Shown: one piece after another, positions 41,301 through 52,934 of the stretch
Position numbering within the stretch: position 1 is the stretch's first letter
Layout: every line of letters starts with the position of its first letter
From: Mytilus trossulus
Lineage: Eukaryota
NCBI RefSeq assembly: GCF_036588685.1
Contig: NC_086379.1
Location: 75,950,001 to 76,014,000 of the forward strand
Reading direction: 5' to 3'
Length of the DNA: 64,000 nt
Notes under the pieces: generated by a model
What the model was told of the DNA's origin: nothing
Database searches by the model: none
What the model saw: only the letters and a program-made list of their open reading frames with translations
Translations under genes and position numbers: made by a program

Positions 41301-44300
41301 ACTGACCAATCAGGATAGAAAAATCTTTTGGTGGATACAATGTCATCAAATTGAAATAAAATAAGGTTTTTATGAACGACATTTAGAATATCGTTTTATT
41401 AGTATAATACTATTGCCAAGTCTAATTCACATGCCTCAGTTGTTTTAGTCTCTGGTAGATATTTGTATCATTGCCAATCATACCACATCTTCTTACTTTT
41501 AAGTGAATGCAAAATATCAGATTTTCAGTCGGTAAACAAAAGCATTGGTAAAACTTAATTTATATGAATAGCATTTTAATTTATATAGTTCTCTTGCAAA
41601 GAGGAAAACAAAATGATCTAATACAAAAAAAAAAAACATACCTTTTGATGAAGAACTTCATACAAGGAACCTTCGTCTATTCTTTCAAACAGTAACACCA
41701 TATTTTCTAAATTGTTGGTCTGACATACACCCATTAACATAAGAATATTGGGATGTCTTAGTTTACTGCAAGTAGAGAGCATAGATTGAAAATGTAATTA
41801 TACAAATTAACAATCATATCTGCTTAAAAGGTCATTTCCAATAAGAGAAACTGGACTTGACATGTTACTCTCTTCTTGTCGAACTGCTGTTATACATATG
41901 AATTTAAATGTCAAATAAACTGGCAAGCTCAATGTTCTCTGGTCTTTAAGATGACCTTTATGTGCAGGTTGACTCTAGTCTAATCTAACAAGTTGCTTAC
42001 CTAATAAACAAATTAAGTTTAATAGCTCACACCAAAATGTTTTAAGGAAAATGAAAAAAAAAAATGTGTTGGTTTGTCCTCCATTATTAAGTTAGTTTTC
42101 AATTACAAATTCTCATACAATTTAAAAGGCTAGAAGATTTGGTAAGAATTAAATGTTTACCCAATGTATTCAGCTTCTGTAATTAATAAATCTACTTCGC
42201 CACCAGGGGCAGCCTCTCTGTGTAATCTTTTAACTGTAATCTTTGTATTTTTCCATATCATACTGAAAATATGGTCAATTTAAAATACATTGTACACAAA
42301 AATGTTTAAAAAGTAAAAATTTGGTCTTTGTCTATATCAGGTGAATGCCATTCACCAGTTGTAAGAAGGCTTGAGGGCACAAAAATTCAGCAAAATTTCA
42401 AACATTTTTTTTCATTACAAATTGTATTTACAACAGTATTAGTTGTAACTTTATGCTATGATACAAAAATCAACCATAAAAATTGATTCGTTTTGGTCCC
42501 AGATGACTTTAAAAATGTTCATATCATTGAAAAAGCTCCAAATTATCTCCCTTTGGTGCAAAAATGCAATTCCTCGGCACTAAGATTGAAATACCTATTC
42601 AAAATCATTGGTGACCTATATATAAATTTGGCATTGGGAATGTTATGGAAACTATCTTGTAAGATGGCAAGAAATTTACATCAGTTTTGAGGTTTAAAGC
42701 ATTTTTTACATTTCTACTTGATCCATCCAGTGTTTTATTTTTATCTAAATGACCATTACTGACTTACCTTTCCATAACCATAAAAGCACCATTATTAAAT
42801 GACAGTCCATGGGAATCATGCTTCAGTAAATTCTCACTAACTAATGGCAAAGTACATATTATACCACTAAAACTGTCTCCATCTTGATATACCTATAAAG
42901 TACCAATATTAAAGCATTTTTAAACAACTTTATTTTGCATATAAGATTAAATTTCATAAAAGATTTCAAATGTCAAAACTTCATTTAGTGATCAGTTTTT
43001 GCTAAGGTCTATTCTAAAAGGATGATTATGGAGGTTGGAAGGCACTTTTGTTTTATGGTGATCACCCATACAATTGCATACATAACCCGACGACATGAAC
43101 TAAATGACCTGCCCCTTCCATACAAAATTATTAAAGTTACATCGGCCTTCCCATTTTTCTTTTTTTTTCTTGAATAGACCTAATGCAGCAGCAAATATAA
43201 TGGTGATAAGACCTAAAAATATAACTCCTGATATATAATATAACTTACTTTTCCAAATCCCATACTCTGACAACTTTTCATCTGATGATCTAAGTTCACA
43301 CTGCTGTATCCTGTGATTTTATCTCTTATCAATTTTATTACAGAACTTGTTCTGGAGGTAATTCTGAAAGGATAAACAATTCAGTTTTATGCTTTTCCTA
43401 TATTTAACAAAGTAAAACATATAGTTGGAAACACAATATGTTGTTGCTTTTAAGTTATAGCAAGGTGTTTTCTACCCTAACTGTTGAACTGTGCTTGGTT
43501 TTGTTCCCTTTTTGTATGGACTATGCTTTGTAGGGTTTAAATTATATTAATGTAAGTATAAGGATGATAATTGTTTAATGCATAATATATAACATACGTT
43601 GATCTAGGTTTTTTTTGTGTTCTTGGGTTGCTACCTCTCCAGGATACCCTAAATCCTTTGTTTATATTGGATTACAAGTATAATTTATATGAAGAAAATA
43701 AGAAAAAGTGAATTAACAGAAAATCTTACCAAACCCATCTAGCTTTAGAAATATAAACCTATAAACTTTTTCAATTTCACATGTTTGAGTACCATGTAAA
43801 TGCTTTTTTGTATGAATAGTGAAGACCAAACAGGGGAATATGAACAAAGCAAAACAAGGGTTTGGAAAATGTAATGTTTAGCTACCTGATAGATACTGGT
43901 TTTTTTTCAATCTGACAAATGTTGATCCTTTAACATATGACAGTTGTTCTCCATTCCTTTGATGAATTTTGTCAATTGATTTTGCCATTTGATTAGGGAC
44001 TTAACATTTGAATTTTACTCTTGGGTTCAGTATTTTTGTGATTTTACTTTTTAAACTATAAGCACTTAATAAGACAACAAAAGAGAATCCAATGTAAGGA
44101 ACTAGAAAAATGAGAGGTCAAAAAAGGTACATTATTGTGTTGGGCAAAGAAGCAAATGTCAGATAGTATTGATGCAAACAAAGCACTATATTTAACCCTT
44201 TCACAGATGAGTGACTGAGTGAGTCCCGGTTTACCCCTATTCACCCTTCAGACAGCTGACAGATGAGTCTCATTTCACCAGGATCGGAATACCTCTTTTA

Positions 44301-47077
44301 TATTTCCCTCTCGAAACAGTGCAAACATGAGTTATCTTTCTTTTTTGAATACCTGGATGAAAGTGTAAACATGGCGCTTCTGTTTGTTGAAAACCATGTA
44401 AAAATTTGAAATGAGGGTACATTTCTTTTAAAAGAATATGGAAAAATTGAAGCCAAACTAGTATACTTTTTTCACATAAAATGTCGTTTTATGTACAAAA
44501 CACTTGGAATGGACATCGTTCAATGTAAGGAATTTGTAGTCTCATTATAATTTCAAAATTTTGCTGTTTTGGGTTAAAAAATTACGATTTTGGGTCAAAG
44601 AACAGAATTCTTAAAATTTCACATAGATAATGCCAAAATTTTGAATATCTTATGTCAGAAGAAAAAATTATCAAAACATGAACAAACTGTGAATATGGTG
44701 TTAGTGAAAGAACATGATGAAATAAAGACACAAATAACTACAGGCAACTTTTTATTGACATTTATTACGAAGATCTCCCACTTGAGTAATAGTGGCCAGG
44801 GAAGCCATTGTCTCAGAGTAGCTTCTGTTTGGGCAGCTATCGGTGAAAGGGTTAAAGGGAGTTCAAATTTTGACATCCGGAAATCATTTTTGATAATTTA
44901 TCAAAAACATTACTTTTTTCTGCAAACTTAACACTGGGATTACATTTGAAAAATCATTCATATTAATTTTGCCTTGTAATCCTAGCACAAAAAGATGCTT
45001 TTGAAAATGTGTGATCTTTTAGTTAATAAAAACTGCATCATATGCTAAAGGAGCAGTTTTCTTCCAGAACTTGATTGTTTTACTATAATTGAAATCATTT
45101 AGGTTGAGGTCATTCATTCCTTTGACAATCAGTTTGACCTGTTTGAACTGTCATTGGACCAACAATACTTTCATTGCATTTAGAAAAATCTAGTGTCCTA
45201 CAACATAGCTACCTTGGTTCAACTGAGCATCTGAAATTTGACTATACTCCATCATATCTGAATTCTGTATATATCTACATCTTATTTGTTAATCTTACAA
45301 GGAACAACTTCTTATTTCTAGCATACCTATGGTTATGACGTGGTCCATTCAAAGAAGCTCTAAGATCCCTTCCTGACTTTGTCAAAGCAAAAAGTCTTGT
45401 CTTCTCTAAGAACTCCAACATTTTCATTCTTTTTTTCTGTTCTGGCTGTAGAAATGCAAATTCTTTAGATGATCTTCCAGTAGAATCATGCAACCTTAAA
45501 TCTCCACCAGCAGCTAACAGTTCATTCATTATGCTCAAATTACATGTGTATGCAACAACATGCACAGGTGTCATGCCATTGTTACTTCTCCTGTAATAAT
45601 AAGTAATACACACATACATTTGCATAAGACAACAAAAATGCATAAAAAAAAACATCAATATAATTTACCTTTTTCTTAAAACTTATTTTATATCTTACAA
45701 CTGAATTTCAGAAAAAAATTTGAGCTTTGTCCAACTGGAGACTAAGACAAGGTTGTAACCTTTTTAAAAAACAAAACTGACAAAAAGTCAGAAAATCTGG
45801 TCATTGACATTGTTTATAAATAAAAAATAAAGCAACTGACACCAAGTATTTGGAATGCTTCATGAATGTTTTTGTTATTTAAAAATCATATTAATAAAGT
45901 GCACTTTATGTAAATATGAGGGAAAGTAGATATTGGGTACATGTAGTTAACAAGTAATAAAATCATTTGGACATCCAGAGATTCACTAGGAAGATAAAAT
46001 TAAAGAAGAGCGAGTTTGTATAACAAGTCCATGTTTTAAAAGTTACAAGACAAGAGCTTCTTAACTTTTGGGACAGATGATCTGGTGTAAAAGTATACCC
46101 TAATTCTATTTAAGAAGGGCCTTTAAATTTCTAACATGTGTGTAACTGTTTGTGCATATTTGTACCCTGTTGGGCTAAGAATAAAGAGTATAGATTTTCA
46201 AAGTGGCAATTTAAATGTTTACAATATCTTTGATACTCATAAAGTCTTACTCATTAGGATTTGCTCCAAATTTCATAAGTTCTTTCAAAACAGCTTCTTC
46301 ATCTAAATAACATGCACAAAACAGAGGTGACTGTCCCAGACTATTTGGATAATCAACATGAATACCTGTAAATATAGTGACAAAAGTTTTATAATAACAG
46401 CTCGGTTAATTCTGTCTAATCATTACTGTAGATGGTTGAGTCTTTGATATCAAGGTGCTACAAAATGTCTTAAGGAACATTTTCCTTTCATTTCATATCC
46501 CATATATAAAAAGCCTTAAAGGTAAGTGAAAAATATTCTTTAAATGCTTAAATCAAATTCGTTTGGTACCTGGTGAATAGTTGTCTCATTGGCAATCATA
46601 CCACATCTCGTCACCAGGGTACTACTGTTACAACCCTGCCATACATTACCTCAACCAGTGCAGTATACCGTGATAAATCGAGGAGAATCATAAGCAATCA
46701 TTGTGAGAATATTTTATAAGAGTGTTTTTTTACTGAAAGCACTTTTGTAAACTCAGAGTACATGAAAAAATGCCTTTGCACATGCTATATTTTTTACAAT
46801 GTTTATTCCCATAGAAGGTATTAGTCGTGAAAAAATATTTATGATTGTAAGAAATACTGCTCCATTTGAGCCTTTTTATCTAGAAAACAATTTGTCACAT
46901 TCTGGTGGTATTTTGGATTTCTACTAATATAAATTCACATTATAATGCATATATACAAGTACCTTTGTCAATAATTTTTCTTAATCTTCTTTTATTTCCA
47001 TTTCTTGCAGCTTGATGAAAATCATAGCCCAATTTGTCGCCTGGTTCTACTGATCCAAGTTTAAGTATGCCCTCCAT
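23344..47077 (-). CDS. TEX14: TEX14-like protein: ankyrin repeats + inactive protein kinase domain + long low-complexity C-terminus; 23 coding exons, about 1200 aa
   Basis: Exons (minus): 47077-46963, 46365-46251, 45590-45327, 43363-43249, 42892-42768, 42262-42161, 41765-41642, 40961-40792, 39450-39293, 38819-38623, 37824-37583, 35430-35296, 33092-32925, 31026-30733, 30458-30374, 29321(or 29333)-29268, 28641-28572, 27637-27542, 26798-26676, 25536-25451, 25126-24631, 23975-23887, 23523-23344. All are GT-AG with matching phases and give a 3603-nt open frame ending MITQ*. TEX14-type motifs: NSLGQSPLFCA, GANPNER, GGDLRLHD, GFGK, ITVKRL, DLLITEAE, KLRHPNILMLMGVC, YNWMAPE, SDVYSF, EVPW. The N-terminal ten exons are well supported by homology; C-terminal exons rest on splice and phase consistency only. 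Confidence 0.88.
25750..26422. mobile_element. piggyBac-type MITE, copy 1
   Basis: TTAA|CCCTTTC...GAAAGGG|TTAT; homologous along its length to 44196-44851. Confidence 0.8.
27078..27240. mobile_element. MULE-type MITE with perfect 9-bp TSD
   Basis: GAGGGGG..CCCCCTC ends, internal (TTT)CGGGAT-like repeats, and TSD ATCAATACA (27069-27077 / 27241-27249). Confidence 0.75.
31165..31889. mobile_element. Old foldback/TIR element with imperfect inverted ends of about 110 bp
   Basis: TATACACTGAAAAAAATCCCATAAAATCTAACTTGA...GGGAGATAACTCTGCAAAA versus TTTTGCAGAGTTATCTCCC...TCAAGTTAGATTTTATGGGACTTTTTTCTGTGTATA. Confidence 0.65.
32453..32657. mobile_element. Kolobok-like MITE, copy 1
   Basis: TIR GGGCTGTTCCAGAAAATACTATGTCCCCCC with ATAA/TAAA flanks; near-identical copy at 37336-37527. 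Confidence 0.8.
33674..35288. mobile_element. Non-autonomous Tc1/mariner-superfamily (CCGTA-ended) element
   Basis: TA|CCGTATA...TATACGG|TA with subterminal TAAGCCGCA / TGCGGCTTA motifs. It contains a nested hammerhead-bearing fragment at about 34235-34395. Confidence 0.7.
34276..34317 (-). ncRNA. Type I hammerhead ribozyme (intact core) in a retrozyme/Penelope-type repeat fragment
   Basis: Minus strand: CGUCA CUGAUGA GUCU-UAUGU-AGAC GAAA CGCGCG UC^UGGCG. Stem I CGUCA/UGGCG, 4-bp stem II, minimal palindromic stem III, GUC cleavage triplet. Confidence 0.85.
35950..37225 (+). mobile_element. Helentron/HINE-like element carrying a 160-bp tandem array
   Basis: 5' hairpin TGCGCTTTAGCGCA, about 6 tandem units, (GGAC)n, and 3' hairpin ATACGTCC..GGGCGTAT followed by an A-run. 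Confidence 0.7.
36180..37165. repeat. Tandem array, unit about 160 bp, about 6 copies
   Basis: The ATCTGA anchor ends at 36260, 36420, 36580, 36740, 36899 and 37062. Confidence 0.95.
37336..37527. mobile_element. Kolobok-like MITE, copy 2
   Basis: Near-identical to 32453-32657. Confidence 0.8.
39757..40672 (+). mobile_element. 5'-truncated BEL/Pao LTR retrotransposon: integrase C-terminus + PPT + 3' LTR (40360-40672)
   Basis: MTFSELQTVLFETAQVLNERPIG...YLCPNDLLLGRAS...F*RKWIRDYF.TLIIRQKWH...NLKKGDLVLVQD...RGKWKLG.V is the typical BEL/Pao post-integrase region. PPT GGCGGGAG is followed by TGTA...TACA. A TGA interrupts 'FW' and there is a frameshift at the A-run near 40262. Antisense within a TEX14 intron. 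Confidence 0.88.
44196..44851. mobile_element. piggyBac-type MITE, copy 2
   Basis: TTAA|CCCTTTCAC...GTGAAAGGG|TTAA. Confidence 0.85.
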
Positions 47078-47756
47078 TGATTAATTGGCTAATATATAAT
47101 ATCTTTCTAGAAAGCTAAGTTTGCTCAAATACTGCACATGTACTGTTCCAGCTTAAAAATCTGAAATTTTAATGTATTTTTTATTCATTACCATTGATTC
47201 AAAAAAAATTTTAAAAAAAGTCATGTTACAAGTTAAATATCCCTAAAGAAAGTTGGTGTTGATAGATTATACCACAAACATTCTGAAAGCTTCCTGCAAT
47301 GCTCTAGAGACATTTCAGACATAAATCTTTTTGGACTAGGGTTAACAGCGTCACAATTTTACATGTTTATTCGCTTAAAATTAGGATTTCTTAAAATTCT
47401 ATCTACAAAAAAACTATGAATAAAAACATCTTTTAACAAGAATGTGTCCATGGTACACAGATGCCCCACTCCCACTATCATTTTCTATGTTTAGTGGACC
47501 CTGATTTTGGGGTAAAAACTCTAATTTGGCATTAAACTTAGAAAGATCATTTCATAGGGAACATGTATACTTAGTTTAAAGTAGATAGGAATTCAACTTC
47601 ATTAAAAACTACCTTGACAGACCAAAAACTTTAACCAAGAACTTAAACCTGAAATTTGCATTCTCATTTTAGTGTTCAATGAACTGTGAAATTGGGATAA
47701 AAACTCTAATCTGGCATTAAATTTAGAATGATCATATCATAGCCACAGGGAATATG

Positions 47757-47888
47757 CTAGTCCAAATAATTATGACGTCTTGAAAGGCTATTATAATTTT
47801 TTTTCTTTGACGCCTTACATCGTCGATGTAAGGCGTCAAAGAAAAAAATTATAATAGCCTTTCAAGACGTCATAATTATTTGGACTAG
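47757..47888. mobile_element. Near-perfect 132-bp palindromic (foldback) insertion
   Basis: CTAGTCCAAATAATTATGACGTC...ACATCG-T-CGATGT...GACGTCATAATTATTTGGACTAG. The arms differ only by a T8/A7 run. TSD GAATATG, or GGAATATGC if the ends are trimmed by 1 nt. Confidence 0.85.
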
Positions 47889-48055
47889 GAATATGCGTAC
47901 TACATTTTGTAAGTTTCAGGTTGATTGGACTTCAACTTCATCAAAAACCAAATGAAAAACTACCTTGACCAAAATCTTATACCTGAAGCGGGACGAACAG
48001 ACAGAAAGACGAACGAACGAACCAGAAAACATAATGCCCTTCTACTAACGTAGGT

Positions 48056-48095
48056 CTGAGACTACTATAACACATATGTGTTATAGTAGTCTCAG
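48056..48095. mobile_element. Perfect 40-bp palindromic insertion
   Basis: CTGAGACTACTATAACACATATGTGTTATAGTAGTCTCAG with TSD CGTAGGT (48049-48055 / 48096-48102). The empty site is visible in the sister copy at about 2341. Confidence 0.85.
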
Positions 48096-51000
48096 CGTAG
48101 GTGGAGCATAAAAATGTTATAAAGTTATCATAAAAGTTTATACAAGGTAAATAAATGATATTAAATGTATATGTTGATACAGATAGTGGGGCTTCCTATT
48201 AATAGAAACAAATGCTTCATGTGTGGCCAAAGTTCCTAACCATGGCCGATTCGGCAGCGAAACATCTTGAATGTTTCTTCTATCTTTATGATATCTTATT
48301 TCTGATAAAACAAGGTAAAGGTCCAGAGACATATTTTTACATATTATTGTGCATATGTCACCTCTTATAGCCAAATGCAGGGTTACTAGGTGCTGGCGAT
48401 AATGATTAGAGTCGTTAGTAGTTGGTTTTCGTTGGTGTTTTTTTTTTGTGTGTCATGACTCATGTATCGAAAATATCGATACTAAGGCGACTTGGTGGAG
48501 ACAGTCGGATATAGTTTGACAAACTCAATTGTTCGGCAACTGGTGCGATCTTTTCAAGGTTTCTTTTTGTATAGGTATTATTAGAAAGAGATCTGTTTAC
48601 ATCATTACCGGACTGAAATGTTTACACTGCATCCCAACTTGAACAGCGAAGTTGGGATTTCCAGACGATTTTTATCGCTCGTGCACATTGCCGCTTCGCA
48701 AACTTTTACAAGGGACATAACTTTGGAATACAACTAATAACCAAACAAATAAGTAAAATAAAATCCACAATAAAGGACATGATATTTCATTATCTTCTAG
48801 CCGCAATGTTTTTTGGACAGTGCATATATTGAAAATGTCTTTATCTTTTATTTCTAAATGAAAATCTACGATAAAAATTATATCCACAACCATCAACCAC
48901 CTATGAGATATTTTAACTATGTGGAAAATAATCTTCCGGAGCACCTAGCTGAAATCACCTGAGATCATGACACCCCCCCCCCCCCCCCCCCCCCCCCCAG
49001 TTTTCAGTGTTGGGGTTCGTGTTGTTATGTTTTTAGTTTTTTATTATGTGTCTTTTGATTTTTTTAACAATGACATTGTCAGTTTATTTTCGATTTATAA
49101 GTGTGACTGTTCTTCTGGTATCTGTCGCCCCTCTTTTATGCTAAATGGGGTCGGGGCAAATTTAACATCTTTTCTTTTTTGGTATTTAGCTGAATTTTGT
49201 TTCCAAAGGACCTTATATCTGCTCCGAATGCCATTCTGACGTCATGTAACAATCACTTTTAAATTATGACGTCATTTTTATTTAAAATTGAGTGAGGTCA
49301 AAGATCGGGAACCTATGTGATTTTTCGGAATCATCTGGTTTTACCCATTTAAATGCCTTGAAAAAAAATGCCCGGTGACCCCCATGTTTGTTTTTGTAAA
49401 TCTTTTACATGTTTAATGATAAGCTATCTGTAGAAGTCTTATAAAATTTTGAAATTACTTTTCAACAGTTTTTGAGAACTTCACTGACTTGTCAATGATA
49501 AAGCTATGAAAAGTCAAGAGAGAATATTTTTCCGCCAAAATTTCAACGGCTATTATTATGAAAACAAGCACGGTGACTTATATATATATTTTTCTCTTTG
49601 GTTTCCTTTATTATTCCACTATCTATATAAACTAGTGTTTTGAAAAACGGTTAATTACTTTGAAACTGAGAAACGTCTAAACCATGCCTTTTGCCACCCC
49701 AAAAAAAAATGAGTTATGAGACTTTTTTACTATCAGTATCACGCTTCAAGTTTTTCAATACTGTTAAATTTTGTATAGAGTGTATAAGGAAAACAATTTT
49801 TTGCGTGATCTTCACCGTGAGTAAGCCAATATAGTTGCTTAAACATCTATAACAGGGCCGGATCAAATTGAACAAAATCATAATTTTAAAAACAAACAGC
49901 AACATGGCTCCTAGGGGAAAAAGATAGAGAAACGACATGCAACAGGTCATCGTACACTTAATAAAACATTGCAATGAATGAGGAAAACAGATCCTTACTT
50001 GATGTTATTTCGGGTGTCCTTCTGTACGATATTCATATTCCACTATTCAGACTGTCGTATCTGCTGCTAACGACGAATGAAAAGTTGCATTCGCCGAAAG
50101 TCATATACGAGCCAATAAAGAGCTTTAAATTGAAAGTTTGACCAAACGTGGCAGAATAATCAGAAATGATGGTGACCACCAAACGGCAGAAAACAGAGTT
50201 CCATCAGACCTGTGATCGACAATCAGTAAAATAGGTCTTTCGTTAAGGTCAACTTTGAAACGTTTGGTTGAGAACGTTGCAAGACGAAAATAAAGTTGCA
50301 TCTTGGCATCTCGAAATAGGCCTTGTTTACTGGATTCTTCAAAAGATACAGTATATTCAGCACTTTTATAGCAGACACGTTCCTGTATAACATTATGAAT
50401 CAATGTTTATGGCTACAGTAAAGATCCGTTCTAAATTCTATATTAATTGATAAAGATTACCGTTACCTTGATGGTATGTTTGCTTTGAATAACCGAAAAT
50501 TCTCCAATAATCTACGGAATTGTACACAAGGGACCATCTGTCTATAACGGGCAAATTCTAAAGTAGGAGATTTCTCTACCATTAGTTCAAGTTACTTGAA
50601 ACTTTTATCAAATTCGTTCACAAAAATAAAGATCGATCCCGTAATTGTGTTACTGCGTTATTGTAAATTTTTTGTATTCTTGTCTTTTATTTTTGCTAAT
50701 GTGTTTTGTCTTTATGCCATTTTGTGCTTCTTTGTCACATATTTGTTTGTTTTTATAGTGATTAAGATTATAACTCAATGTTCCCTTTTATACCCATATT
50801 TTTGACATTTTTACCTATTATGTCTTTTTGTTTTGTCCAAACGTCGTTGTCAAATTATGGAATTTGATGCAACTGTTATACAAGTGAGAGTTTATGCTAG
50901 CTATAAAACCAGGCTCAATCCACCATGTTCTACATTAGAAAATGTCTGTAGCAAGTCAGCCAAGTCAGGAATATGACAGTTGTTATCCCTTCGTTTAATT

Positions 51001-52760
51001 TGTTGTGTAAAGGCTTTTGATTTTGCCATTTTATAAGGTACTTTCCGTTTTGAATTTTCGGGATATCATATCTTAATTCTGACAATTATGTTGTTAGTAG
51101 AGCTATACCATTTGATAATACCCATGTAAACTCATTACTCCTTTGAATTATTTACTCTTAAAACTTATCATCTTTTAAACACCATGTTACGTTTTTTTTT
51201 ATATTGTTTGACAGCTGTTATTCTAATGCTAGCAACTTTAAAAGTGTGATTTGCTTGCTTTGTTTTTGTATTAATGTTTGCTCAAGCCTCTTTATTAATT
51301 GACGTCTGAAAACAATACAGAAAGGTGGAGTTAAACTTGTATACATTATATTCATAAATTTGATTGGCAATATCAAACAATCAAATTTACCAATATACAG
51401 GTTTTGATTCCGCCTTCTCATTTTGATTTTAGAGTCAATCTCAATAACAATGCAAACAAAGAAAGCAAGCAAACCAAACCTTTAACTTGCTATCATTAGG
51501 AAAACAGCTGTAACGGTTTAATTACACTCATTATAGTTGTGTTCGGTTAAAAGTTATATTTTTAATGTATTGCTTAAAAACAGTTATGAAAACTTGTAGT
51601 CCTATATAGATAAATATATATTTTGCCTTTTCTTTGAGATACTTTATGTCGTTTGTCCTTTTATGTCAGGTAATTTTTACGTGTGTGGTTTGTACTAATC
51701 AGATGAATCAAACCATTTTCAACTGCTTTAACAGTCACCAATCATCAGTCTTTATTTGCTGTCTGAAGTCACGAGCCTGTAATTCTGTGGCCGTCTTTTA
51801 TTGCTGTCTGTCATATGTATTTTTCGTTTACTTGTTCGTAATAATTCGGTCGTTGTTTCCAGCACATTTGTCATATCGGGACCTCCTATATAGCTGTACT
51901 TTTTTTTACAATTGCTGAAGGACGTACACTGGCCTTTAGTTGCTCAAAAGTTGTTGTTTTTTTCAGTCGGGTGTGCCTTTGTTTTTAATTTTAAAGGTGT
52001 TTTCTTGAAGAAGCAAACAAAGTTGGTTGATATTATATAGGACACATAAACGTACAGCACATTTAAAAATTACATAGATAATTTACTAATTGTTTTCTCT
52101 GGTATGCAAACCACTCCTCTTTTCAATATTTGGGAACCTATTATTCATTAAATGTATAGTACACGAACAGGATAGGCGATTAAAACAATTGTATCCAATA
52201 AACATGCCATTGTCATGTGAAGCTGCGAGCGAAAAACAACATTTGCTTCCGTCTTGAATATGCATGATATAATTTCTACTGGGCGTTGAGAGAACAAAAA
52301 CTAAATCTCGCTGTCACGTTGGAAACCCATGGGTGGCCTTCGTTGTATTTTGCTCTTTAGTCGGGTTGTTGTTTCTTTGATACATTCCCCATTTCCATTC
52401 TTATTATTGCTATTTTGAAGACCTTGCAATGAACCAGACACCAGCATAGTTAATAATCAGTCACTGAACCAGGCAAATGAGGTCAAGGTCAATGGATAAA
52501 TACAAGCCGCAGACAGTCGATTTTTCGTTGTTTTGTGTATTTATCAAAATAAAAAGATTTGACGTTTAAAAGTACCATTCACTTACTTTTTTCAATCAAA
52601 TTACAAAAACACATCGTATTAAACTTGTATTTTGTCAATAATATTACCCGTTGTTTGACAAAAAAATGGTAATAGATAGTCATACGCTATTTACATATAT
52701 TTATAATATCTGCTGCAGTGTATGAAAGTACATTATTTGCATTGTGTGTGTGCATGGTCA

Positions 52761-52934
52761 TTATTGTTTTGTGCCATCTCCTTTGTATCCTGTGACGTAA
52801 CCTTTATCTTCAAATCGATACTCTCTTCCATCAATACCCTTTCCTTTGCCAGATTCATCGAACCTCTCCTTGTGAGCCCCTGTATATTTTGACGTATCTG
52901 TCAATCCACTAACGTTCCCTGTCTTTGAAATTTT
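52761..52934 (-). CDS. Second TPPP/p25-alpha C-terminal exon (alternative last exon, or end of a small tandem paralogue)
   Basis: Polypyrimidine-CAG acceptor, phase 0, encoding [57 protein letters not shown]. Confidence 0.8.
   Translation of the reverse strand, partial: KISKTGNVSGLTDTSKYTGAHKERFDESGKGKGIDGREYRFEDKGYVTGYKGDGTKQ

Larger units (their letters stand above)
47435..48115 (+). mobile_element. Helentron/HINE-like element (same family as 98-560) interrupted by two palindromic insertions
   Basis: Shares the AACAAGAATGTGTCC start, core units, (GAAC)n and 3' hairpin with 98-560. Confidence 0.7.

Noticed and set aside
44590-44931. Similar ORFs at 44590-44931, 44655-44876, 25873-26196 and 26232-26460 suggesting a duplicated gene
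   Set aside because: The similarity comes from two copies of the same MITE, and the frames are not conserved between copies.
50125-50403. 92-aa minus-strand ORF between TEX14-like and TPPP
   Set aside because: Non-ATG start, no recognisable domain, and no supporting partner exons that I could identify.
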